Positions 52,615-64,000 of a stretch of DNA of 64,000 bases are shown here, in pieces. The DNA is from Octopus vulgaris. Lineage: Eukaryota. Both the position numbers and the translations under genes were made by a program. Numbering within the stretch: position 1 is the stretch's first letter; each line of letters begins with the position of its first letter. The stretch covers positions 2,418,001 through 2,482,000 of the forward strand of contig OX597821.1 of the NCBI GenBank assembly GCA_951406725.2, in the 5' to 3' direction. A model generated the notes under the pieces. The model was not told the DNA's origin and did no database searches. It worked only from the letters and a program-made list of their open reading frames with translations.

Positions 52615-52793
52615 GCAGTTGTATATAAGATTTTCCTCGTCCATAACATATATATTTCAATGACCGTCCCCAGATCTCTTGGCATGAAAACCATCGTAGC
52701 CTTTCAATTCATTCTCGTTCCTCGATATTAACATACAATCACACACACATACATACACGCCCACACACACTCACACGTATAAACGTAGCGCAG
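52615..52793. repeat. Right arm of the long-range inverted duplication
   Basis: GCAGTTGTATATAAGATTTTCCTCGTCCATAAC...CACGTATAAACGTAGCGCAG is the reverse complement of 46555-46759, with a few substitutions and one indel in the TG tract. Confidence 0.9.
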
Positions 52794-54153
52794 GTAATTT
52801 ATATCCAAGAATGGCGGGGAGAAATAAGAAAATACTTTGAAAAGTAATGGTTGACATATTACTGCAACTAACATTGTAGAAGAAAATGAAAAAAATAAGT
52901 TAACGTTTCGGAGTAGGGTCTTTTGTCATGACGGAAAAAGAATAGAACAAAATAAGTGTTCTTCAAAAATAGGATAATTTTCTGAGAAATGACGTTTCAT
53001 TTGCAGTCATAAATATGTCAAATTGAATAATTTATATTGTTATACAAAAATCCCATTGTGGTGTTATCAGAGTTCAATGTATTTCAGGTTATCGAACACT
53101 GAATAACTTTCTTCAACTAGTATCTAATTCGTGGTCGCTGCCATTTCTTCTCACACTAAGCCTTAAAAAACTTCAAGTAGTGCATGCATATGAAGACCCT
53201 ATTCTCGTTTATCTTAAGTCTATGTGATTATAGTTGCCACGGGTGTAAGCAACGTCAACAATTACAACATCAATGTAGGACTGCATAACAATTACTAAAT
53301 TACAAGGCCTCGATATAGGTTATGCAGTATTCGTAATGTAGCAGTGTATAAGGATGAAGTATTAACCGAATCAGCTGCCTTGTGGTTGTAATATCTAATA
53401 TCATTTCAGAATGCACTCCTTAATAGACTGAGATCTATGGGAAAATATCATTGAGATCAAAAGAATACTGTTATTTTATACTTGGATTTTAATTAAACAA
53501 TGTGATTTTCAAGAGCATTGTTAAGCCGATACAAAAGTCGTTGTCATAAAAATCTGCTAGCTTCTGTCTCAGTTAGAAACTATTCTTAACATATTTAAAG
53601 CGATCTAAAACCGTACCGATTTTCGAAGTTAGTAATTATACTGTATATGTTACTCTAGGTAAATATCTCTGTTATTCTCTACATATCATCGTAGGTCCGT
53701 TAATAATATATATTTATTAATGACAGGTGACGGATGACTGAACGCGTAGAGGTTCAACCTAAGTAATAAATTATGCATTTCTTCTTATAGAGTGGAGACA
53801 ATTATCTCCACTATGGCGTGAAACTGACTTTTATTTAATTTATAAGTTCTGTAAGGACTGAATGATTAAGCCCATGTAAGTTCCTAGTATAAATCTAGTT
53901 GAGTCGACTTTGTATTTTGGTCATAGGATGGTGTTGCGATGCGTGTGAAATAATTGTTTGCCCTGTGGTTTGTGAGCTTCAGTCGAGTATAACAAATATC
54001 AGTAAAACTGTGTAAATAAAACATTAGTATTATCTATGATTGTCTGTGATTGATACCTTCCTTTTATAGATTCATTTGAGGATCACGTGGATACGAAGGA
54101 ATACCGGACTTACGATACGTAAGGAATAAGAGAAACATTTACCTAGAGAAATA

Positions 54154-54718
54154 TTGGGTTGTCCTGACAGTTCTTGCCGATTTTTAAAAGAAAGCAAAAG
54201 GTAAAAAAATACTTGCCATCAAATTTTTAATCAACCAAATATGAACCATTTTGTTGCACAAAGCGTCTCCATCTTTCTTTAACTTGAAAATACCCTCTTC
54301 CCAGAACTGAGGTGGTTTCATAGCAAAGAATTCATCAAGGTATCTTTTTACGTCATCCAAGGAATTGAAATTTTTACCATTACGACTTTTCTGCAGAGAT
54401 CCGAATAAGTGGAAATCCGAGGGTGCAATAACTGGTGAATATGGAGGGTGGCGTATCACATCCCAGCCGAGCTATAGAAATTTTTGTCTGGTTCCCAAGG
54501 CATCAAGTGCTGAAAATGAACTTTCTTCTCTTCCATTTTAAAGGGTTACAGAATTAATACAGGTTATAGGAACATAAACTTTCTTCCACGAAAAGATAGC
54601 TTAAACTGTGCTATAAATGGAGGTGCAGTCAAATGCAATTTTATGGACTCAACCATGTTCTAAAATAATTCGAAATGTAAGCTACTATAAATCGACACAA
54701 ACTTTCCGGACAACCCAA
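54154..54718 (-). mobile_element. Internally deleted mariner element (MITE-like) with TA target duplication
   Basis: TA|TTGGGTTGTCC...GGACAACCCAA|TA. Carries the transposase C-terminus HPPYSPVIAPSDFHLFGSLQ...FWEEGIFKL. Confidence 0.92.
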
Positions 54719-56412
54719 TAGATACAGTAATACGACTGACTTGGAACTCCGAAAGGATTCGAGATTCATTTATATATGATAGTGGTATCAAATCTTGGCA
54801 CAAGGCCGGCAATTATGGGGGAGGTTGTATGTAGATTACCTAGACCCCACTGCTCAACTGCTACTCGCTTTATCGACCCCGAAACGATGAGAGGCATAGT
54901 CAGCTTCAGTTCAATTTTACATCCGAAGAATGACGTGACGCCAACATTTTTCCCAGCATGCTAACGATTTTCCTTTGCGAGAATAGTTTTTCTAGCTCTA
55001 CGTCACTCATATCCATGAAATTCATTTACTTCTGCCGGACAGGATATAATAGAATAATTAGTAAAAAATCGTTTTAGAAAAAAATGTATCATTTATGACG
55101 AGAATAATATAGCGAAATGAAAATTAAAGAAAAAATTGTATCTATTATTTCACTCCTTCCAACTAAAATTCTATTATCCAAAAGCTATTTTCTATTATTC
55201 GTCTATTCTCTATATTTTCTAATAATGATAATATGACAGAGTACACATGAATAGCATTTTCAGTTTAAACAAATTCAGAGAAAAAAATTAAAAAATACGG
55301 ATAACTTAGCATGGTTTATTGGAAAAGAAACGTTTTATTAGTTACATCAGAACACTGTCGATTGGGCTCCGTTGGTTGCACGCAATACATCTAGATAATA
55401 ATTGTGGAATTATGAGAGATAACTTAAGGACACCCTATATTTACCGAGTCGATTGAGCTCAGTCGCTGTTGTGTGGTTCAGACGATGCTTTCGCATCCAC
55501 GTGATTCGAAGTTCAAAACCCTAATGCATGGTCTTTTGGCTGACATACAGCATTATATCATATCAGTAAACGTTTTTTTTTTACTGTGTGAAAGGTTTGG
55601 ATATTCTCCATGAATGGAATACTTGTTATGTACAATGAAACGAATGTCTGGTGGAAACCAGTCTATTAAATCATTCAGAAAATATCGGCTGTATGAAGAT
55701 TACAGAATCCCCTCTATTTTCTTCTACCTCTTTCGAGGCCATGACCTAGCGGTCAGAAACAGCATTCCTTCTCCTCGCATTAATCACAAAAAAATGCTCA
55801 TATTATTTAGTGTAAGGGGACTTATACATCCCTTAATAGAAAAGTCAGTGTCAATAGCAGGTTATAAATTTTGTGTCCGTCATCTCCCCTCCCAGAAAAA
55901 AATTCCTGTTACTAAAATTGTTTAATGTTACACATTAGTTAAAATACATATTCTATAAATCTATTACATATTAAAATCTATTAAAAATTGTCTACACGGG
56001 CACCAGACCTTGTGGTTTTGAACGCAGAGTGTTCCTGTTTGTATAACTCAAATTCACTAACCGTATTTTATACCGCCATTCTATATGTGTCATATAAAAT
56101 TTTTATGGACGTAAAAACCAGCTGCTCAATTAAATAGCTTTCTATTTAATTCTAGTCTTTCAGCATCTGACAAATTTGTTTTCCGTGACAACCTAGGAAT
56201 AGATAATTTAAGTGTTTACTAAACGTTCTATATATAACAGTCAGTCTTAGCGCATATATCTTACTGTCTTAAATTAGGGAGGGCAAATTGGAAGTTTCAG
56301 CCCTTCGTACGCAGTGTTAGAAAGAATAGAATTTAGAAAATAAAACATATCAGATGAGACAAAATTAAAAATTATAAGTGTAGAAGATTGAATATATATG
56401 GATAAGTTATAG

Positions 56413-56724
56413 GAGCACTCCGTGGTTACGACGACGAGGGTTTCAGCTGATACAATCAACGGAACAGCTTGCTCGTGAAATTAATGTGCAAGTGAATGAG
56501 CAATCCACAGGCACGCGTACTCTTAACATAGTTCGCAAAGAGATTCAGCGTGACAAGGCTGGCCCTTTTGAAATACAGGTACTACTCATTTTTGCCAGTT
56601 GAGTGGACTGGAGGAACGTGAAATAAAATGTCTTGCTCAAGGACACAGCGCGTCGCCGGGAATCGAACTCCCAACCTTGCAATCATGAGCCGAATGCCCT
56701 AACCACAAAGCCACGCGCCCTCAC
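56413..56724 (-). mobile_element. tRNA-derived SINE with 15-bp target-site duplication
   Basis: Head GGCGCGTGGCTTTGTGGTTAGGGC...GGAGTTCGATTCCC. Direct repeat ATGGATAAGTTATAG at 56398-56412 and 56725-56739. Confidence 0.88.
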
Positions 56725-57651
56725 ATGGATAAGTTATAGTTTAGTGCTAACCAAACGATTGCAATGTAATTACAGTGATTGGCAGTATTAAAACATATGT
56801 TCGCTGGATCATCTACATTCTGTTTCATGGCCAATAAAACTGTATTGAGGTAGATAGAGACAAGGTGGAAATGACAGCCCATGATATTTCCAACGTTCCA
56901 AGAATTGTAGATGGTATTAGCATAGCTTGAATGCTTTTAATAATAAATTTAACCAATCTTGGTTAAACCAGGGCTAAAGCTGCAACAGCAGTCTCCATAC
57001 AACTAGGATCTGGGTATCTCAAGAGGAATTTCAATTTATCTTAACCATTGTGTTTCACATAAATACTGATTTATAAGGCGATCCTACTTCCGGAAGGGCT
57101 TTACTACTTTAAATGGGGTTGTTATAAGTCATAGGTGCTATTTTTCACTTCTGAGTAACTAATCCAAATAATTGCCATTGTCAATGCCAATATACAGCCA
57201 AGGAAGGATTATTGTTGTTGCTTTTGTTGCTTAATGATTTTGTCTAGCAGAAATATAATCAACAAAATTATCACAATCATGACGATGAATGTTTTTAAAG
57301 TTTATATCGAAAATATGACGGTTTATGCTTTCAAAGTCGGTAGAGTGCGATACGAAATTTGATGACGGTTTTAGTTAGTTGGGGGATACAGACAGATTGT
57401 TGTACAAAAGGATTTATGTAAGGAGATGCATAAACTTATAATGTTATGTCACGGGTTTCAGGTTATGGCCTTCCTGTTTGAATATTTTCACCATATTTTA
57501 TATAAGTTAAGCTACACAGGAGAAGACAAATGTAAATTGACTTTGGTATGTAAACAATAAAACTATGAAGTATACTAAAGCCTAGATACATAGAAACAAA
57601 TGATGGTGACATGACAATGATAGACATGTACATACTTGTAAAAATATATAT

Positions 57652-57925
57652 ATCACCGTGATCACCGTGACCGACCAGGCTATGAGATGTTGCTACATAT
57701 CGCTGGTTACCATGCGCTTCGCATTCTTTTACCTTCAAATGACGCCACCCCGCTGGCTAAGCGAGCAAGCCAACAGAAGAAAGGGAGAGAGAGAAAGTCG
57801 TGCCGAAAGAGTACAGCAGGGATCGCCACCACCCCTGCCGGAGCCTCGTGGACCTTTAGGTGTTTTCGCACAATAAACACTCACAACAGAGAGTCCGCTG
57901 CCCTAACTACTGGGCTATTGCGCCT
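57652..57925 (-). mobile_element. SINE family C
   Basis: Reverse-complement homologue of 34874-35135. Confidence 0.75.
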
Positions 57926-57943
57926 CCACACACACACACACAC

Positions 57944-58029
<86 letters not shown>

Positions 58030-58224
58030 ACACACATACAGACGCACGCATACATACCCACGTATATATATATATTTATATTTGAAATATATAATGCTTT
58101 ACCAAAAGCATTATTTTTATCATTCTACTATATATATATATACATACATACACACACGCGCACACGCATATATGTGTGTGTATGTATCTATGCATGCATG
58201 CATATATGTATGTATATAATATCA

Positions 58225-58450
58225 CGGGTTGCAGGTTATGGCCACCTGTAACCACATGTGGATTATTGGCGATTGCATTCCTCCGTCTTCCTTTACCCTT
58301 GGGCTTTCTTCTGTCACCTGCTTCTGACGAAGAGCTTTGCTCAAAGTATAAAACAGTCTTTCCTTCCTTCTCTGAGCATCTTATTGATACGTTACATGTA
58401 ACACGTCCTCGATGATTTTCTTCTATTTTTCTCTGTTTTTTTTTATACAT
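58225..58450 (+). mobile_element. Related short element with degenerate HHR motif
   Basis: CTTCTGACGAAGAGCTTTGCTCAAAGTATAAAAC...TCTGAGCATC. Similar to 15616-15830 and between microsatellites. Confidence 0.5.
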
Positions 58451-58479
58451 TATATATATGTATGTGTGTGTGTGTGTGT

Positions 58480-58510
<31 letters not shown>

Positions 58511-58659
58511 CGTGTGTGTGTGTGTGTGTGTCAGTGTGTGGTGTACATACATACATGCTGGACGCTGAAATCTACAAGTTTATTTTTCATTTTTCCCGAG
58601 CGTCAAACTTGCTTATTATTCATACACCTGTTTTCATCTTCTGATTCTCTATAAATTTC

Positions 58660-58701
<42 letters not shown>

Positions 58702-59989
58702 TTAAAAAAGTGTATATGCAATTTCTGGGACAAGCTAGGGCAACGAAATCCTGGGCCGATGTAATAAACTTTTAGCTCTGACAGAATTACAAGATAATTT
58801 CCTAGTAGATTCGTATCTGAATCTGTTGTTTGCTGCATCTTTTCTTCAACTTCCTTCATTATGCGATATAGCAGATACTTCCATTGAGAGTAAAAGACAT
58901 TAGACGATATTGCTTCATTTCATTAATTCTACGCAAGGATTCTGAGGGCGTCAATAACAACACATCTTTGATTTGTAAGGCGATAACCGTCAAAGAAACC
59001 CACATGCTTGCTACCTGTTTTACCCTTATTCTTTTTTTCTTAATCAAACACTACAAAGGAGAGACAGACACGGCTTTTGTTCTTTTTCAATGAATCATTC
59101 ATTATGGTGGTTGTGATTCTTTTAGGTAGCAATATATTTTTGAAACCATTAGGCAGTCAGTGTATATAATACAGCAGAGTAAATATCGACATAAGAATAT
59201 TACAACAAGAATCTTTTGTAGATTACCATAACAATACACTGTAGCAAGTAAAGCACATCCACTCATGCACTCCAGAAGCATTGATAATTGGAGAAATACA
59301 CATATACTTATATACAGACGAACCCACACAGAGTTACACACACATATCGAGTAATATACCCCGAGAAAATAAATCTCCTTCATTTGCATTGCATCCAAAC
59401 AAATACCATGGATACACTCTAGATATTACCAGAATCATGTGACTTACCTACGTTTTTATCAAGCATTTTTTTGTCCGTATAACACATTGGAAGTCCGAGA
59501 TTTCAATGCATGAAAAGGAAGTAATTGCTTGCAGCTGACTTCTTGCATGGACAGATATAGACTCACAAATACCAATGCTAACTTCCTTTTGTGTATTTCG
59601 TAATCCTTGGGCGGAATAAATGTCGCAAAAGATTCTGATAATATTCGTTGGCTATTGATCCAACTAAATAACACAGAATATAAATCTGGGACTTGCATAT
59701 TTCTAGAGCTGTTGTTATCTCAGAATAAAAGTGTCCTTCATTCTATTCAAGGCTGCTATTTCACATCTCGAAATAGCAGTTTATAACCTGCAGTGCTTCT
59801 CTGAAGTTGAATTTTGGAAATTCAATATGACAATGGCGGTTTCCAGTGATATGATTCGCTCCCTCTCTCACTCTCATCGTTTCTCACACAACACACTCAC
59901 TCTCTCTCTCACACAGTCATTCTCTCTCTCTATCTACGTATCACTCTACCTACCTACCTAACTACCTAACTACCAACCTACCAACCTGC

Positions 59990-60065
<76 letters not shown>

Positions 60066-60389
60066 ATATATATATATATATCTGTCTTTCTGTCTGTCTA
60101 TCTGTCTATCTGTCTATCTATCTATCCATCTACCTACAGGCGCGCATATATGACTACTGTATTATGGCTTTATGTGTACATGTACGTGTATATGTATGTG
60201 TGTAATTTGCATTATATATGAATGTAAATACATTTTCATTAATATATCTATGAAGAAACATAAAATATATGTATATAACTCTGAATATATACACACGTTC
60301 ACGCTTGTACGTGAGTTTATATACTGTCAGTCATACACAGATACATCCGCATATAAATATACATTCACAGACACAGCTTAATTTTTATG

Positions 60390-60560
<171 letters not shown>

Positions 60561-60830
60561 GATATATACACGCATATCTCTATATATATGTGTGTGTTCG
60601 TGTGTGCGTATTTGTGAGAGTGAAAGAGTAAAGTATATCGTAATAAATTCTGAAAGGTTTCATTTGATTGTCATACTCTAGAATATCTGACAACCTGCAG
60701 AAATCAGTGGATAGGTACATCGTCTGCGACTGAAAACTTCTCTTCGATTATAACTACAGGCCCCATCTTAAATAAAGCACAACCACAAACGCGCCTGTCT
60801 ACCCACTTGCATGTACTTGCTTTTGTGATA

Positions 60831-60917
<87 letters not shown>

Positions 60918-62040
60918 CTGGAAAGTAATACATTCGTATTGCATTATTATATATATATAATATATATTCATATCATTGAAATCTCACGACAATGCAGCTA
61001 GTTCTATATCCTATGTCTTTTCTCTATATGAATGAAAGAGAGGTCTCCTTAAGTATGAAATCTAAAGAAAATATAGAAAATTCGAAAATAGTCAAAACCC
61101 GATATATCTACATTTCTCAATAAACACTCAATCGCTGGCACATAAAGACAAAGATGATGAGTTACTCTGAAATCAGGCATTATTTAGACGTTGTTACCAT
61201 CGCCAAATATTGATATGAATATCAACCAGGCCAGACAAAGGAAGAGTTATGATGGTAACCATATCCTCATTATTTATATATGCAGTCCCATTGCTAAATA
61301 TAACCAGGCCTTTATAATGCGGAGCACCGTGATTCAATAAATGTATATTAAATATTTCTAGCATATTGATCAATAACATTATTGATTAGGAATCGATCCT
61401 TTCTTTTGTCTTGTATTTTTTCGGGATCTTGAGCAAACGTTATCATAACAACGTACAAGCGATTGATCCGAATCTAAAGAAAAAAAAAGGACAGAAGAGA
61501 TATGGTGGTGTCACCTGTTAAAATAGTTGCAAAGCCATCAGGGTACTGTATACAACCATTTAAAGTAAGAGGGCTTGTCGATTTTTGCATTACTAAACAT
61601 ATACACACAAGGAGCGCGCGCGCGCACACACACAACACACACACACACAGAAACGCACTCACATGCACACGCACAAAGATAATAATGGTGCTAACACCGT
61701 TGACATTATACCCCATTTATGAAGTTTGATACGTTACTAAAATAGCATCATCATCATTATCATCACCATCGTCATGACCAACAACTATATCAACAATGGC
61801 TCTCTGAATTGATGCTGTTAAATGGATCTATAATCGGGTGTTACATCTACAAAGTAAGTGCAGAATGAACATCTTAACACACAATAACAAGTACTTCATG
61901 GCTGCCTGTCATCGGATGATGTACGTTAAATGTCGGCAAATATTGTAGTATGTAGATGTGTGTATGTTTGTGTGAATGTAAAGATAGGTAGATAGGTATT
62001 TGGATAGGCACACTATGTGTAATAAAGACGACAACGCATG

Positions 62041-62072
<32 letters not shown>

Positions 62073-62934
62073 TCACACACATACACGCATATGTATATGT
62101 ACATATATACGTGTGTGTGTATGAAACATTAAACGTTAATGTTTACACTATGAAATCTTGTGAAAGATTTGATGACTCAGATGTTGTCAAGCATCTTATG
62201 TAAATATGTTTAACAACCTGTGTAAACTTGCTGGTATGTACGCACAATGCTTGTCTTTAGAACATTATACGTATGTGTGAGAAAGATTATTTCAGGATTG
62301 GAAAGCTGCCTTGCAGTCACATGTGCCAGCAAGTCTGCTTACATTAAGCGAGATATTATAAAATATTTAGCCCTCTTACGTAAGAAAATCGTTTAAGTTC
62401 GAATTCACTTTGTCTCGGTGTTTCAGTTGTACTTTCTAATCTTATTTCTTATTTACTTATTGCCCACAGGGGGCTAAACATAGACGGGAGACATAAAGAC
62501 AGATTTTCGACCCCGAATTGATGAAAGGCAAAGTCGACCTCGGTAGAATTTGAACTCAGAAAGTAGAGATACGAAATGCTTCTAGCTATTTTGCTTCGCG
62601 TGCTGACTGTTATAGCAGCTGGCCAAACTTGAAATCGTGTATAATATTAGAGTGACACTGTGCAACAGTGAGACACCACTGAATTACAGATATGTTCATT
62701 ACGAATAGATTCCAATCTATTATCATCCACACAATTTCAATTCCATGATTTAGGGATTGATAAAAGGAACTAATAAAAAAACATAAAACACCGTGTAGGA
62801 GAGAATTTCTTGATCGTTCAGCCATGCATGTGTGCGTAGTTGTACACAGATAACTGCAAATGCAAAAATTAATTCTTTCTAATTTTGGCACAACGCCAAC
62901 AATTCCAAGGGGAGAGGTAAGTATTTGACATACA

Positions 62935-63498
62935 TTGGATTGTCCGGAAAGTTCGTGCCGATTTTTAAAGGAAACAAAAAGGTCAATAAATACTTGCCAT
63001 TACATTTTTAATCAACCAAATATGAACCATTTTGTTGCACAATGCGTCTCCATCTTTCCTTTAACTTGAAAATACCCTCTTCACAGATTTGAGGTGGTTT
63101 CATGGCAAAGAATTCATCAAGGTATCTCTACGTCATCCAAAGAATTGAAATGTTTACCATTAAGACTATTCTGCAGAGACTTTAATAAGTGGAAATCCGA
63201 AGGAGCAATACTTGGTAAATATAGAGTGTGGGGTAACACATCCCAGCCGAGCTGCAGCAATTTTTGTCTGGTTCCCAAAGCATCAAGTGCCGAAAATGAA
63301 CTTTCTTCTCTTCCATTATAAAGGGTTACAGAATTAACATAGGTTATAGGAACATAAACCTTCTTCCACGAAAAGATAGCTTAAACTGTGCTATAAATGG
63401 TGGTGTAGTCAAATGCAATTTTATGGACTCAACCATGTTTTAAAATAATTCGAAATGTAAGCTACTATAAATCGGCACGAACTTTCTGGACAACCCAA
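62935..63498 (-). mobile_element. Second copy of the same deleted mariner element, nested in an old SINE
   Basis: TIRs TTGGATTGTCCGGAAAGTTCGTGCCGATTT and AAATCGGCACGAACTTTCTGGACAACCCAA. Collinear with 54154-54718, including the same deletion junction. Confidence 0.92.
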
Positions 63499-64000
63499 AT
63501 GATGAAGAGCGCAATTAACTACGATGTGATTTCCACTCGAAATCCGAACCGATAGAAATTTTGCCAAACAGTCTTGTCCGACATGCTAACGATTCTGCCA
63601 GCTCGCTTAATAATATTATTTAAGAATATTAATTATCAAAGACTAATGCCATTGTATTAACGACCTGAATGACGATAATATTCTGAAGGAAAATATGACT
63701 ACGATTGAGAAGTCGGAAGCCGATATGAATGACATTATGAGTAAAAACTTTCATGTGACATTATCACGTCATTGCTCACCTGGTGGCAATAAATAGAAGA
63801 AAATAGCAAGAATTCGTGACATTCAGGTAACGTTCCTCGTAAGAGAGGTTTTAAAACATGGGAAACAACGCATTTGGATATTTTATTCAATCATTGACAT
63901 TTCGACATTCATTTCTGATTATCTATTGATTGTTATGTTTTGTTTTATTTAAAACCATATCGATCTAGCCCACAGACACACAGGCATGTGTATGCGTACA

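Noticed and set aside
58859-59698. Hydrophobic minus-strand ORFs suggestive of a membrane protein
   Set aside because: Short, in different frames, and with no recognisable family motif.

Overview
AT-rich eukaryotic, non-genic (intergenic or intronic) DNA. It is saturated with (TA)n, (CA)n, (TAGA)n, (AAT)n and (GTA)n microsatellites and tRNA-derived SINEs. The repeat landscape resembles an octopus/coleoid cephalopod genome (inference). Nearly all ORFs in the track are microsatellite artefacts and no intact host gene is supported. Real coding remnants are two 5'-truncated Penelope-like retroelements (PLEs) with GIY-YIG endonuclease ORFs (3271-5361 and 38127-41802), an R4/Dong-type RLE fragment inside an (AAT)n array, a LINE ORF1-like pseudogene, several Tc1/mariner remnants and a probable non-autonomous Helitron. 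The most striking unexplained structure is a dense set of type I hammerhead-ribozyme (HHR) motifs: about ten clear or degenerate cases with palindromic stem III. They sit in the PLE 3' ends and in several tiny (140-460 bp) non-coding elements inserted into TA microsatellites, often as asymmetric inverted duplications. One HHR caps a ~375-nt rod-like hairpin, two have very long stem II extensions, and two families carry non-canonical cores (CCGACGA, CUGUUGA). All folds were read by eye; none was computed or tested.
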